Positions 11,784-26,721 of a stretch of 64,000 bases of DNA are shown here, piece after piece (within the stretch, counting starts at the first letter, position 1; every line of letters starts with the position of its first letter). The notes beneath the pieces are model-generated. The model searched no databases and was not told the origin of the DNA. It was given only the letters and a program-made list of their open reading frames with translations. The DNA lies in the NCBI GenBank assembly GCA_964057225.1, contig OZ059898.1, positions 10,354,001-10,418,000 on the forward strand, given 5' to 3'. A program made the translations under genes and the position numbers. Origin of the DNA: Auanema rhodensis (Eukaryota > Animalia > Nematoda).

Positions 11784-14652
11784 TTCTAAAATGTTAGATT
11801 GTTTCCGAAAAATTATGAAAAGTCAAGTTCTACTGATTTAAAGAGAATTGTAAGTTTTTGAAAATAATTAAAAATTAGTTCTCTCTACTATTAACTGATT
11901 GTCGGCTAAAATATGGTAACAGTTTTTATAAAAAATTTCCATGATTAGGATTAAACAAAGAAAAAAAATCAAAGAGAAACACTTCTTGTTTACTTACTTG
12001 ATTATACTACTTGAAATTCCAACAAAAGTAAAGTAAAACTGTTAAAGCGAGTAAAACTGTTGAACGATTTGAAGACAATTGTAAGTTTTAGAAAAGAATT
12101 AAAGTTCAGCTATCTCTACTATTAACTGATTATCGGCTAAAATAAGGTAACAGTTTTTATTGAAAGTTTCCATGATTAAGATTAAACAAAGAAAAAAAAT
12201 CAAAGAGAAACACTTCTTGTTTACTTACTTGATTATACTACTTGAAATTCCAACAAAAGTAAAGTAAAACTGTTAAAGCGAGTAAAACTGTTGAACGATT
12301 TGAAGACAATTGTAAGTTTTAGAAAAGAATTAAAGTTCAGCTATCTCTACTATTAACTGATTATCGGCTAAAATAAGGTAACAGTTTTTATTGAAAGTTT
12401 CCATGATTAAGATTAAACAAAGAAAAAAAATCAAAGAGAAACACTTCTTGTTTACTTACTTGATTATACTACTTGAAATTCCAACAAAAGTAAAGTAAAA
12501 CTGTTAAAGCGAGTAAAACTGTTGAACGATTTGAAGACAATTGTAAGTTTTAGAAAAGAATTAAAGTTCAGCTATCTCTACTATTAACTGATTATCGGCT
12601 AAAATAAGGTAACAGTTTTTATTGAAAGTTTCCATGATTAAGATTAAACAAAAAAAAAATCAAAGAGAAACACTTCTTGTTTACTTACTTGATTATACTA
12701 CTTGAAATTCCAACAAAAGTAAAGTAAAACTGTTAAAGCGAGTAAAACTGTTGAACGATTTGAAGACAATTGTAAGTTTTAGAAAAGAATTAAAGTTCAG
12801 CTATCTCTACTATTAACTGATTGTCGGCTAAAATATGGTAACAGTTTTTATGAAAAATTTCCATGATTAGGATTAAACAAAGAAAAAAATCAAAGAGAAA
12901 CACTTCTTGTTTACTTACTTGATTATACTACTTGAAATTCCAACAAAAGTAAAGTAAAACTGTTAAAGCGAGTAAAACTGTTGAACGATTTGAAGACAAT
13001 TGTAAGTTTTAGAAAAGAATTAAAGTTCAGCTATCTCTACTATTAACTGATTATCGGCTAAAATATAGTAACAGTTTTTATTAAAAGTTTCCATGATTAA
13101 GATTAAACAAAGAAAAAAAATCAAAGAGAAACACTTCTTGTTTACTAATTTGATTATAACACTTGAAAATCCAACAAAAGTAAAATAAAACTGTGAAAGC
13201 GGGTAAAACTGTTGAACGATTTGAAGACAATTGTAAGTTTTAGAAAAGAATTAAAGTTCAGCTATCTCTACTATTAACTGATTATCGGCTAAAATAAGGT
13301 AACAGTTTTTATTGAAAGTTTCCATGATTAAGATTAAACAAAGAAAAAAAATCAAAGAGAAACACTTCTTGTTTACTTACTTGATTATACTACTTGAAAT
13401 TCCAACAAAAGTAAAGTAAAACTGTTAAAGCGAGTAAAACTGTTGAACGATTTGAAGACAATTGTAAGTTTTAGAAAAGAATTAAAGTTCAGCTATCTCT
13501 ACTATTAACTGATTATCGGCTAAAATAAGGTAACAGTTTTTATTGAAAGTTTCCATGATTAAGATTAAACAAAAAAAAAAATCAAAGAGAAACACTTCTT
13601 GTTTACTTACTTGATTATACTATTTGAAATTCCAACAAAAGTAAAGTAAAACTGTTAAAGCGAGTAAAACTGTTGAACGATTTGAAGACAATTGTAAGTT
13701 TTAGAAAAGAATTAAAGTTCAGCTATCTCTACTATTAACTGATTGTCGGCTAAAATATGGTAACAGTTTTTATGAAAAATTTCCATGATTAGGATTAAAC
13801 AAAGAAAAAAAATCAAAGAGAAACACTTCTTGTTTACTTACTTGATTATACTACTTGAAATTCCAACAAAAGTAAAGTAAAACTGTTAAAGCGAGTAAAA
13901 CTGTTGAACGATTTGAAGACAATTGTAAGTTTTAGAAAAGAATTAAAGTTCAGCTATCTCTACTATTAACTGATTATCGGCTAAAATAAGGTAACAGTTT
14001 TTATTGAAAGTTTCCATGATTAAGATTAAACAAAGAAAAAAAATCAAAGAGAAACACTTCTTGTTTACTTATTTGATTATAACACTTGAAATTCCAACAA
14101 AAGTAAAGTAAAACGGTTAAAGCGAGTAAAACTGTTGAACGATTTGAAGACAATTGTAAGTTGAAGAAAAAAATTAAAGTTCAGCTATCTCTACTATTAA
14201 CTGATTATCGGCTAAAATAAGGTAACAGTTTTTATTGAAAGTTTCCATGATTAAGATTAAACAAAGAAAAAAAATCAAAGAGAAACACTTCTTGTTTACT
14301 TATTTGATTATAACACTTGAAATTCCAACAAAAGTAAAGTAAAACGGTTAAAGCGAGTAAAACTGTTGAACGATTTGAAGACAATTGTAAGTTGAAGAAA
14401 AAAATTAAAGTTTAGCTCTCTCTACTATTAACTGAATGTCGGCTGAAATAAGGTAACAGTTTTTATTAAAAGTTTCCATGATTAAGATTAAACAAAGAAA
14501 AAAAATCAAAGAGAAACATTTCTTGTTTACTAATTTGATTATAACACTTGAAAATCCAACAAAAGTAAAATAAAACTGTGAAAGCGGGTAAAACTGTTGA
14601 ACTAAAACAGTCTTTATAAAATATAAATGATATATTTTTATAAAAGTGAAGT

Positions 14653-14723
14653 TGCATCGGCCGGGAATCTAACCCGGGTCGCCCGCGTGGCAGGCGAGCA
14701 TTCTACCACTAAACCACCGATGC
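14653..14723 (-). pseudogene. tRNA-Gly(GCC) C56A plus D-stem C13T variant
   Basis: TTAGA T-loop; GTTC to GTTT. Confidence 0.8.
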
Positions 14724-15287
14724 TTCGAAAATGTTAGATTGTTTCCGAAAAATTATGAAAAGTCAAGTTCTACTGATTTGAAGAGAATTGTAAGTTTTAG
14801 AAAATAATTAAAAATTAGTTCTCTCTACTATTAACTGATTGTCGGCTAAAATATGGTAACAGTTTTTATAAAAAGTTTCCATGATTAGGATTAAACAAAA
14901 AAAAGAATTAAAGAGAAACACTTTTTGTTTACTTATTTGATTATAATACTTGAAATTCCAAAAACAGTAGAATAAAATTGAGAAAGCGACAAAAACAGTT
15001 GAACGATTTGAAGAGAATTGTAAGTTTTAGAAAAGAATTAAAGTTCAGCTCTCTCTACTATTAACTGAATGTCGGCTAAAATATAGTAACAGTTTTTATA
15101 AAAAGTTTCCATGATTAAGATTAAACAAAGAAAAAAAAAATCAAAGAGAAACACTTCTTGTTTACTAATTTGATTATAACACTTGAAAATCCAACAAAAG
15201 TAAAATAAAACTGTGAAAGCGGGTAAAACTGTTGAACTAAAACAGTCTTTATAAAATATAAATGATATTTTTTTATAAAAGTGAAGT

Positions 15288-15358
15288 TGCATCGGCCGGG
15301 AATCGAACCCGGGTCGCCCGCGTGGCAGGCGAGCATTCTACCACTGAACCACCGATGC
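15288..15358 (-). tRNA. tRNA-Gly(GCC), consensus
   Basis: Same as consensus. Confidence 0.95.
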
Positions 15359-15921
15359 TTCTAAAATGTTAGATTGTTTCCGAAAAATTATGAAAAGTCA
15401 AGTTCTACTGATTTGAAGAGAATTGTAAGTTTTTGAAAATAATTAAAAATTAGTTCTCTCTACTATTAACTGATTGTCGGCTAAAATATGGTAACAGTTT
15501 TCATAAAAAATTTCCATGATTAGGATTAAACAAAAAAAAGAATTAAAGAGAAACACTTTTTGTTTACTTATTTGATTATAATACTTGAAATTCCAAAAAC
15601 AGTAGAATAAAATTGAGAAAGCGACAAAAACAGTTGAACGATTTGAAGAGAATTGTAAGTTTTAGAAAAGAATTAAAGTTCAGCTCTCTCTACTATTAAC
15701 TGAATGTCGGCTAAAATATAGTAACAGTTTTTATAAAAAGTTTCCATGATTAAGATTAAACAAAGAAAAAAAAATCAAAGAGAAACACTTCTTGTTTACT
15801 AATTTGATTATAACACTTGAAAATCCAACAAAAGTAAAATAAAACTGTGAAAGCGGGTAAAACTGTTGAACTAAAACAGTCTTTATAAAATATAAATGAT
15901 ATATTTTCATAAAAGTGAAGT

Positions 15922-15992
15922 TGCATCGGCCGGGAATCTAACCCGGGTCGCCCGCGTGGCAGGCGAGCATTCTACCACTGAACCACCGATGC
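15922..15992 (-). pseudogene. tRNA-Gly(GCC) C56A variant
   Basis: TTAGA T-loop. Confidence 0.75.
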
Positions 15993-17939
15993 TTCTAAAA
16001 TGTTAGATTGTTTCCGAAAAATTATGAAAAGTCAAGTTCTACTGATTTGAAGAGAATTGTAAGTTTTTGAAAATAATTAAAAATTAGTTCTCTCTACTAT
16101 TAACTGATTGTCGGCTAAAATATGGTAACAGTTTTTATAAAAAATTTCCATGATTAGGATTAAACAAAGAAAAAAAATCAAAGAGAAACACTTCTTGTTT
16201 ACTTACTTGATTATACTACTTGAAATTCCAACAAAAGTAAAGTAAAACTGTTAAAGCGAGTAAAACTGTTGAACGATTTGAAGACAATTGTAAGTTTTAG
16301 AAAAGAATTAAAGTTCAGCTATCTCTACTATTAACTGATTATCGGCTAAAATATAGTAACAGTTTTTATTAAAAGTTTCCATGATTAAGATTAAACAAAG
16401 AAAAAAAATCAAAGAGAAACACTTCTTGTTTACTAATTTGATTATAACACTTGAAAATCCAACAAAAGTAAAATAAAACTGTGAAAGCGGGTAAAACTGT
16501 TGAACGATTTGAAGACAATTGTATGTTTTAGAAAAGAATTAAAGTTCAGCTATCTCTACTATTAACTGATTATCGGCTAAAATAAGGTAACAGTTTTTAT
16601 TGAAAGTTTTCATGATTAAGATTAAACAAAGAAAAAAAATCAAAGAGAAACACTTCTTGTTTACTTACTTGATTATACTACTTGAAATTCCAACAAAAGT
16701 AAAGTAAAACTGTTAAAGCGAGTAAAACTGTTGAACGATTTGAAGACAATTGTAAGTTTTAGAAAAGAATTAAAGTTCAGCTATCTCTACTATTAACTGA
16801 TTATCGGCTAAAATAAGGTAACAGTTTTTATTGAAAGTTTCCATGATTAAGATTAAACAAAAAAAAAATCAAAGAGAAACACTTCTTGTTTACTTACTTG
16901 ATTATACTACTTGAAATTCCAACAAAAGTAAAGTAAAACTGTTAAAGCGAGTAAAACTGTTGAACGATTTGAAGACAATTGTAAGTTTTAGAAAAGAATT
17001 AAAGTTCAGCTATCTCTACTATTAACTGATTGTCGGCTAAAATATGGTAACAGTTTTTATGAAAAATTTCCATGATTAGGATTAAACAAAGAAAAAAAAT
17101 CAAAGAGAAACACTTCTTGTTTACTTACTTGATTATACTACTTGAAATTCCAACAAAAGTAAAGTAAAACTGTTAAAGCGAGTAAAACTGTTGAACGATT
17201 TGAAGACAATTGTAAGTTTTAGAAAAGAATTAAAGTTCAGCTATCTCTACTATTAACTGATTATCGGCTAAAATAAGGTAACAGTTTTTATTGAAAGTTT
17301 CCATGATTAAGATTAAACAAAGAAAAAAAATCAAAGAGAAACACTTCTTGTTTACTTATTTGATTATAACACTTGAAATTCCAACAAAAGTAAAGTAAAA
17401 CGGTTAAAGCGAGTAAAACTGTTGAACGATTTGAAGACAATTGTAAGTTGAAGAAAAAAATTAAAGTTCAGCTATCTCTACTATTAACTGATTATCGGCT
17501 AAAATAAGGTAACAGTTTTTATTGAAAGTTTCCATGATTAAGATTAAACAAAGAAAAAAAATCAAAGAGAAACACTTCTTGTTTACTTATTTGATTATAA
17601 CACTTGAAATTCCAACAAAAGTAAAGTAAAACGGTTAAAGCGAGTAAAACTGTTGAACGATTTGAAGACAATTGTAAGTTGAAGAAAAAAATTAAAGTTT
17701 AGCTCTCTCTACTATTAACTGAATGTCGGCTGAAATAAGGTAACAGTTTTTATTAAAAGTTTCCATGATTAAGATTAAACAAAGAAAAAAAATCAAAGAG
17801 AAACATTTCTTGTTTACTAATTTGATTATAACACTTGAAAATCCAACAAAAGTAAAATAAAACTGTGAAAGCGGGTAAAACTGTTGAACTAAAACAGTCT
17901 TTATAAAATATAAATGATATATTTTTATAAAAGTGAAGT

Positions 17940-18010
17940 TGCATCGGCCGGGAATCTAACCCGGGTCGCCCGCGTGGCAGGCGAGCATTCTACCACTGAA
18001 CCACCGATGC
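17940..18010 (-). pseudogene. tRNA-Gly(GCC) C56A variant
   Basis: TTAGA T-loop. Confidence 0.75.
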
Positions 18011-18574
18011 TTCGAAAATGTTAGATTGTTTCCGAAAAATTATGAAAAGTCAAGTTCTACTGATTTGAAGAGATTTGTAAGTTTTAGAAAATAATTAAAA
18101 ATTAGTTCTCTCTACTATTAACTGATTGTCGGCTAAAATATGGTAACAGTTTTTATAAAAAGTTTCCATGATTAGGATTAAACAAAAAAAAGAATTAAAG
18201 AGAAACACTTTTTGTTTACTTATTTGATTATAATACTTGAAATTCCAAAAACAGTAGAATAAAATTGAGAAAGCGACAAAAACAGTTGAACGATTTGAAG
18301 AGAATTGTAAGTTTTAGAAAAGAATTAAAGTTCAGCTCTCTCTACTATTAACTGAATGTCGGCTAAAATATAGTAACAGTTTTTATAAAAAGTTTCCATG
18401 ATTAAGATTAAACAAAGAAAAAAAAAATCAAAGAGAAACACTTCTTGTTTACTAATTTGATTATAACACTTGAAAATCCAACAAAAGTAAAATAAAACTG
18501 TGAAAGCGGGTAAAACTGTTGAACTAAAACAGTCTTTATAAAATATAAATGATATTTTTTTATAAAAGTGAAGT

Positions 18575-18645
18575 TGCATCGGCCGGGAATCGAACCCGGG
18601 TCGCCCGCGTGGCAGGCGAGCATTCTACCACTGAACCACCGATGC
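18575..18645 (-). tRNA. tRNA-Gly(GCC), consensus
   Basis: Same as consensus. Confidence 0.95.
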
Positions 18646-19208
18646 TTCTAAAATGTTAGATTGTTTCCGAAAAATTATGAAAAGTCAAGTTCTACTGATT
18701 TGAAGAGAATTGTAAGTTTTTGAAAATAATTAAAAATTAGTTCTCTCTACTATTAACTGATTGTCGGCTAAAATATGGTAACAGTTTTCATAAAAAATTT
18801 CCATGATTAGGATTAAACAAAAAAAAGAATTAAAGAGAAACACTTTTTGTTTACTTATTTGATTATAATACTTGAAATTCCAAAAACAGTAGAATAAAAT
18901 TGAGAAAGCGACAAAAACAGTTGAACGATTTGAAGAGAATTGTAAGTTTTAGAAAAGAATTAAAGTTCAGCTCTCTCTACTATTAACTGAATGTCGGCTA
19001 AAATATAGTAACAGTTTTTATAAAAAGTTTCCATGATTAAGATTAAACAAAGAAAAAAAAATCAAAGAGAAACACTTCTTGTTTACTAATTTGATTATAA
19101 CACTTGAAAATCCAACAAAAGTAAAATAAAACTGTGAAAGCGGGTAAAACTGTTGAACTAAAACAGTCTTTATAAAATATAAATGATATATTTTTATAAA
19201 AGTGAAGT

Positions 19209-19279
19209 TGCATCGGCCGGGAATCTAACCCGGGTCGCCCGCGTGGCAGGCGAGCATTCTACCACTGAACCACCGATGC
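19209..19279 (-). pseudogene. tRNA-Gly(GCC) C56A variant
   Basis: TTAGA T-loop. Confidence 0.75.
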
Positions 19280-21227
19280 TTCTAAAATGTTAGATTGTTT
19301 CCGAAAAATTATGAAAAGTCAAGTTCTACTGATTTGAAGAGAATTGTAAGTTTTTGAAAATAATTAAAAATTAGTTCTCTCTACTATTAACTGATTGTCG
19401 GCTAAAATATGGTAACAGTTTTTATAAAAAATTTCCATGATTAGGATTAAACAAAGAAAAAAAATCAAAGAGAAACACTTCTTGTTTACTTACTTGATTA
19501 TACTACTTGAAATTCCAACAAAAGTAAAGTAAAACTGTTAAAGCGAGTAAAACTGTTGAACGATTTGAAGACAATTGTAAGTTTTAGAAAAGAATTAAAG
19601 TTCAGCTATCTCTACTATTAACTGATTATCGGCTAAAATATAGTAACAGTTTTTATTAAAAGTTTCCATGATTAAGATTAAACAAAGAAAAAAAATCAAA
19701 GAGAAACACTTCTTGTTTACTAATTTGATTATAACACTTGAAAATCCAACAAAAGTAAAATAAAACTGTGAAAGCGGGTAAAACTGTTGAACGATTTGAA
19801 GACAATTGTATGTTTTAGAAAAGAATTAAAGTTCAGCTATCTCTACTATTAACTGATTATCGGCTAAAATAAGGTAACAGTTTTTATTGAAAGTTTCCAT
19901 GATTAAGATTAAACAAAGAAAAAAAATCAAAGAGAAACACTTCTTGTTTACTTACTTGATAATACTACTTGAAATTCCAACAAAAGTAAAGTAAAACTGT
20001 TAAAGCGAGTAAAACTGTTGAACGATTTGAAGACAATTGTAAGTTTTAGAAAAGAATTAAAGTTCAGCTATCTCTACTATTAACTGATTATCGGCTAAAA
20101 TAAGGTAACAGTTTTTATTGAAAGTTTCCATGATTAAGATTAAACAAAAAAAAAAATCAAAGAGAAACACTTCTTGTTTACTTACTTGATTATACTACTT
20201 GAAATTCCAACAAAAGTAAAGTAAAACTGTTAAAGCGAGTAAAACTGTTGAACGATTTGAAGACAATTGTAAGTTTTAGAAAAGAATTAAAGTTCAGCTA
20301 TCTCTACTATTAACTGATTGTCGGCTAAAATATGGTAACAGTTTTTATGAAAAATTTCCATGATTAGGATTAAACAAAGAAAAAAAATCAAAGAGAAACA
20401 CTTCTTGTTTACTTACTTGATTATACTACTTGAAATTCCAACAAAAGTAAAGTAAAACTGTTAAAGCGAGTAAAACTGTTGAACGATTTGAAGACAATTG
20501 TAAGTTTTAGAAAAGAATTAAAGTTCAGCTATCTCTACTATTAACTGATTATCGGCTAAAATAAGGTAACAGTTTTTATTGAAAGTTTCCATGATTAAGA
20601 TTAAACAAAGAAAAAAAATCAAAGAGAAACACTTCTTGTTTACTTATTTGATTATAACACTTGAAATTCCAACAAAAGTAAAGTAAAACGGTTAAAGCGA
20701 GTAAAACTGTTGAACGATTTGAAGACAATTGTAAGTTGAAGAAAAAAATTAAAGTTCAGCTATCTCTACTATTAACTGATTATCGGCTAAAATAAGGTAA
20801 CAGTTTTTATTGAAAGTTTCCATGATTAAGATTAAACAAAGAAAAAAAATCAAAGAGAAACACTTCTTGTTTACTTATTTGATTATAACACTTGAAATTC
20901 CAACAAAAGTAAAGTAAAACGGTTAAAGCGAGTAAAACTGTTGAACGATTTGAAGACAATTGTAAGTTGAAGAAAAAAATTAAAGTTTAGCTCTCTCTAC
21001 TATTAACTGAATGTCGGCTGAAATAAGGTAACAGTTTTTATTAAAAGTTTCCATGATTAAGATTAAACAAAGAAAAAAAATCAAAGAGAAACATTTCTTG
21101 TTTACTAATTTGATTATAACACTTGAAAATCCAACAAAAGTAAAATAAAACTGTGAAAGCGGGTAAAACTGTTGAACTAAAACAGTCTTTATAAAATATA
21201 AATGATATATTTTTATAAAAGTGAAGT

Positions 21228-21298
21228 TGCATCGGCCGGGAATCTAACCCGGGTCGCCCGCGTGGCAGGCGAGCATTCTACCACTGAACCACCGATGC
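21228..21298 (-). pseudogene. tRNA-Gly(GCC) C56A variant
   Basis: TTAGA T-loop. Confidence 0.75.
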
Positions 21299-21862
21299 TT
21301 CGAAAATGTTAGATTGTTTCCGAAAAATTATGAAAAGTCAAGTTCTACTGATTTGAAGAGAATTGTAAGTTTTAGAAAATAATTAAAAATTAGTTCTCTC
21401 TACTATTAACTGATTGTCGGCTAAAATATGGTAACAGTTTTTATAAAAAGTTTCCATGATTAGGATTAAACAAAAAAAAGAATTAAAGAGAAACACTTTT
21501 TGTTTACTTATTTGATTATAATACTTGAAATTCCAAAAACAGTAGAATAAAATTGAGAAAGCGACAAAAACAGTTGAACGATTTGAAGAGAATTGTAAGT
21601 TTTAGAAAAGAATTAAAGTTCAGCTCTCTCTACTATTAACTGAATGTCGGCTAAAATATAGTAACAGTTTTTATAAAAAGTTTCCATGATTAAGATTAAA
21701 CAAAGAAAAAAAAAATCAAAGAGAAACACTTCTTGTTTACTAATTTGATTATAACACTTGAAAATCCAAGAAAAGTAAAATAAAACTGTGAAAGCGGGTA
21801 AAACTGTTGAACTAAAACAGTCTTTATAAAATATAAATGATATTTTTTTATAAAAGTGAAGT

Positions 21863-21933
21863 TGCATCGGCCGGGAATCGAACCCGGGTCGCCCGCGTGG
21901 CAGGCGAGCATTCTACCACTGAACCACCGATGC
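21863..21933 (-). tRNA. tRNA-Gly(GCC), consensus
   Basis: Same as consensus. Confidence 0.95.
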
Positions 21934-22496
21934 TTCTAAAATGTTAGATTGTTTCCGAAAAATTATGAAAAGTCAAGTTCTACTGATTTGAAGAGAATTG
22001 TAAGTTTTTGAAAATAATTAAAAATTAGTTCTCTCTACTATTAACTGATTGTCGGCTAAAATATGGTAACAGTTTTTATAAAAAATTTCCATGATTAGGA
22101 TTAAACAAAAAAAAGAATTAAAGAGAAACACTTTTTGTTTACTTATTTGATTATAATACTTGAAATTCCAAAAACAGTAGAATAAAATTGAGAAAGCGAC
22201 AAAAACAGTTGAACGATTTGAAGAGAATTGTAAGTTTTAGAAAAGAATTAAAGTTCAGCTCTCTCTACTATTAACTGAATGTCGGCTAAAATATAGTAAC
22301 AGTTTTTATAAAAAGTTTCCATGATTAAGATTAAACAAAGAAAAAAAAATCAAAGAGAAACACTTCTTGTTTACTAATTTGATTATAACACTTGAAAATC
22401 CAACAAAAGTAAAATAAAACTGTGAAAGCGGGTAAAACTGTTGAACTAAAACAGTCTTTATAAAATATAAATGATATATTTTTATAAAAGTGAAGT

Positions 22497-22567
22497 TGCA
22501 TCGGCCGGGAATCTAACCCGGGTCGCCCGCGTGGCAGGCGAGCATTCTACCACTGAACCACCGATGC
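22497..22567 (-). pseudogene. tRNA-Gly(GCC) C56A variant
   Basis: TTAGA T-loop. Confidence 0.75.
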
Positions 22568-23132
22568 TTCTAAAATGTTAGATTGTTTCCGAAAAATTAT
22601 GAAAAGTCAAGTTCTACTGATTTGAAGAGAATTGTAAGTTTTTGAAAATAATTAAAAATTAGTTCTCTCTACTATTAACTGATTGTCGGCTAAAATATGG
22701 TAACAGTTTTTATAAAAAATTTCCATGATTAGGATTAAACAAAGAAAAAAAATCAAAGAGAAACACTTCTTGTTTACTTACTTGATTATACTACTTGAAA
22801 TACGAAAAAAAGTAAAGAACAATTGAGAAAGCGACATAAACAGTTGAACGATTTGAAGAGAATTGTAAGTTTAAGAAAAGAACTAAAGTTTAGCTTTGTC
22901 TACTATTAACTGATTATCGGCTGAAATATGGTAATAGTTTTTTATTAAAAGTTTCCATGATTAAGATTAAACAAAGAAAAAAAAATCAAAGAGAAACACT
23001 TCTTGTTTACTAATTTGATTATAACACTTGAAAATCCAACAAAAGTAAAATAAAACCGTTAAAGCGAGTAAAACTGTTGAAATAAAACAGTTTTTATTAA
23101 ATATAAATGATATTTTTTTATAAAAATGAAGT

Positions 23133-23203
23133 TGCATCGGCCGGGAATCGAACCCGGGTCGCCCGCGTGGCAGGCGAGCATTCTACCACTGAACCACCGA
23201 TGC
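23133..23203 (-). tRNA. tRNA-Gly(GCC), consensus, subtype B flank
   Basis: Consensus body; T5 terminator. Confidence 0.95.
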
Positions 23204-23996
23204 TTCGAAAATGTTAGATTGTTTCCGAAAAATTATGAAAAGTCAAGTTCTACTGATTTGAAGAGATTTGTAAGTTTTAGAAAAGAATTAAAGTTCAGCT
23301 ATCTCTACTATTAACTGATTATCGGCCAAAATAAGGTAACAGTTTTTATTGAAAGTTTCCATGATTATGATTAAACAAAGAAAAAAATCAAAGAGAAACA
23401 CTTCTTGTTTACTTATTTGATTATAATACTTGAATTTCCAAAAACAGTAGAATAAAATAGAGAAAGCGACGAAAAAAGTTGAACGATTTGAAGAGAATTG
23501 TAAGTTTCAGAAAAGAATCAAAGTTCAGCTATCTCTACTATTAACTGATTATCGGCTGAAATAAGGTAACAGTTTTTATTGAAAGTTTCCATGACTATGA
23601 TTAAACAAAGAAAAAAAAATCAAAGAAAAACACTTCTTGTTTACTTATTTGATTATAACACTTGAAATTCCAACAAAAGTAAAGTAAAACTGTTAAAGCG
23701 AGTAAAACTGTTGAACGATTTGAAGACAATTGTAAGTTGAAGAAAAAAATTAAAGTTTAGCTCTCTCTACTATTAACTGAATGTCGGCTGAAATAAGGTA
23801 ACAGTTTTTATTAAAAGTTTCCATGATTAAGATTAAACAAAGAAAAAAAACAAAGAGAAACACTTCTTGTTTACTAATTTGATTATAACACTTGAAAATC
23901 CAACAAAAGTAAAATAAAACTGTTAAAGCGAGTAAAACTGTTGAAAAAAAACAGTTTTTATTAAATATAAATGATATTTTTTTATAAAAATGAAGT

Positions 23997-24067
23997 TGCA
24001 TCGGCCGGGAATCGAACCCGGGTCGCCCGCGTGGCAGGCGAGCATTCTACCACTGAACCACCGATGC
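23997..24067 (-). tRNA. tRNA-Gly(GCC), consensus, subtype B flank
   Basis: Consensus body; T5 terminator. Confidence 0.95.
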
Positions 24068-24631
24068 TTCGAAAATGTTAGATTGTTTCCGAAAAATTAT
24101 GAAAAGTCAAGTTCTACTGATTTGAAGAGATTTGTAAGTTTTAGAAAAGAATTAAAGTTCAGCTATCTCTACTATTAACTGATTATCGGCTAAAATAAGG
24201 TAACAGTTTTTATTGAAAGTTTCCATGATTAAGATTAAACAAAGAAAAAAAATCAAAGAGAAACACTTCTTGTTTACTTATTTGATTATAACACTTGAAA
24301 TTCCAACAAAAGTAAAGTAAAACTGTTAAAGCGAGTAAAACTGTTGAACGATTTGAAGACAATTGTAAGTTTTAGAAAAGAATTAAAGTTCAGCTATCTC
24401 TACTATTAACTGATTATCGGCTAAAATAAGGTAACAGTTTTTATAAAAAGTTTCCATGATTAAGATTAAACAAAGAAAAAAAAATCAAAGAGAAACACTT
24501 CTTGTTTACTAATTTGATTATAACACTTGAAAATCCAACAAAAGTAAAATAAAACTGTGAAAGCGGGTAAAACTGTTGAACTAAAACAGTCTTTATAAAA
24601 TATAAATGATATATTTTTATAAAAGTGAAGT

Positions 24632-24702
24632 TGCATCGGCCGGGAATCTAACCCGGGTCGCCCGCGTGGCAGGCGAGCATTCTACCACTGAACCACCGAT
24701 GC
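24632..24702 (-). pseudogene. tRNA-Gly(GCC) C56A variant
   Basis: TTAGA T-loop. Confidence 0.75.
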
Positions 24703-26650
24703 TTCTAAAATGTTAGATTGTTTCCGAAAAATTATGAAAAGTCAAGTTCTACTGATTTGAAGAGAATTGTAAGTTTTTGAAAATAATTAAAAATTAGTTC
24801 TCTCTACTATTAACTGATTGTCGGCTAAAATATGGTAACAGTTTTTATAAAAAATTTCCATGATTAGGATTAAACAAAGAAAAAAAATCAAAGAGAAACA
24901 CTTCTTGTTTACTTACTTGATTATACTACTTGAAATTCCAACAAAAGTAAAGTAAAACTGTTAAAGCGAGTAAAACTGTTGAACGATTTGAAGACAATTG
25001 TAAGTTTTAGAAAAGAATTAAAGTTCAGCTATCTCTACTATTAACTGATTATCGGCTAAAATATAGTAACAGTTTTTATTAAAAGTTTCCATGATTAAGA
25101 TTAAACAAAGAAAAAAAATCAAAGAGAAACACTTCTTGTTTACTAATTTGATTATAACACTTGAAAATCCAACAAAAGTAAAATAAAACTGTGAAAGCGG
25201 GTAAAACTGTTGAACGATTTGAAGACAATTGTATGTTTTAGAAAAGAATTAAAGTTCAGCTATCTCTACTATTAACTGATTATCGGCTAAAATAAGGTAA
25301 CAGTTTTTATTGAAAGTTTCCATGATTAAGATTAAACAAAGAAAAAAAATCAAAGAGAAACACTTCTTGTTTACTTACTTGATTATACTACTTGAAATTC
25401 CAACAAAAGTAAAGTAAAACTGTTAAAGCGAGTAAAACTGTTGAACGATTTGAAGACAATTGTAAGTTTTAGAAAAGAATTAAAGTTCAGCTATCTCTAC
25501 TATTAACTGATTATCCGCTAAAATAAGGTAACAGTTTTTATTGAAAGTTTCCATGATTAAGATTAAACAAAAAAAAAAATCAAAGAGAAACACTTCTTGT
25601 TTACTTACTTGATTATACTACTTGAAATTTCAACAAAAGTAAAGTAAAACTGTTAAAGCGAGTAAAACTGTTGAACGATTTGAAGACAATTGTAAGTTTT
25701 AGAAAAGAATTAAAGTTCAGCTATCTCTACTATTAACTGATTGTCGGCTAAAATATGGTAACAGTTTTTATGAAAAATTTCCATGATTAGGATTAAACAA
25801 AGAAAAAAAATCAAAGAGAAACACTTCTTGTTTACTTACTTGATTATACTACTTGAAAATCCAACAAAAGTAAAGTAAAACTGTTAAAGCGAGTAAAACT
25901 GTTGAACGATTTGAAGACAATCGTAAGTTTTAGAAAAGAATTAAAGTTCAGCTATCTCTACTATTAACTGATTATCGGCTAAAATAAGGTAACAGTTTTT
26001 ATTGAAAGTTTCCATGATTAAGATTAAACAAAGAAAAAAAATCAAAGAGAAACACTTCTTGTTTACTTATTTGATTATAACACTTGAAATTCCAACAAAA
26101 GTAAAGTAAAACGGTTAAAGCGAGTAAAACTGTTGAACGATTTGAAGACAATTGTAAGTTGAAGAAAAAAATTGAAGTTCAGCTATCTCTACTATTAACT
26201 GATTATCGGCTAAAATAAGGTAACAGTTTTTATTGAAAGTTTCCATGATTAAGATTAAACAAAGAAAAAAAATCAAAGAGAAACACTTCTTGTTTACTTA
26301 TTTGATTATAACACTTGAAATTCCAACAAAAGTAAAGTAAAACGGTTAAAGCGAGTAAAACTGTTGAACGATTTGAAGACAATTGTAAGTTGAAGAAAAA
26401 AATTAAAGTTTAGCTCTCTCTACTATTAACTGAATGTCGGCTGAAATAAGGTAACAGTTTTTATTAAAAGTTTCCATGATTAAGATTAAACAAAGAAAAA
26501 AAATCAAAGAGAAACATTTCTTGTTTACTAATTTGATTATAACACTTGAAAATCCAACAAAAGTAAAATAAAACTGTGAAAGCGGGTAAAACTGTTGAAC
26601 TAAAACAGTCTTTATAAAATATAAATGATATATTTTTATAAAAGTGAAGT

Positions 26651-26721
26651 TGCATCGGCCGGGAATCTAACCCGGGTCGCCCGCGTGGCAGGCGAGCATT
26701 CTACCACTGAACCACCGATGC
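26651..26721 (-). pseudogene. tRNA-Gly(GCC) C56A variant
   Basis: TTAGA T-loop. Confidence 0.75.
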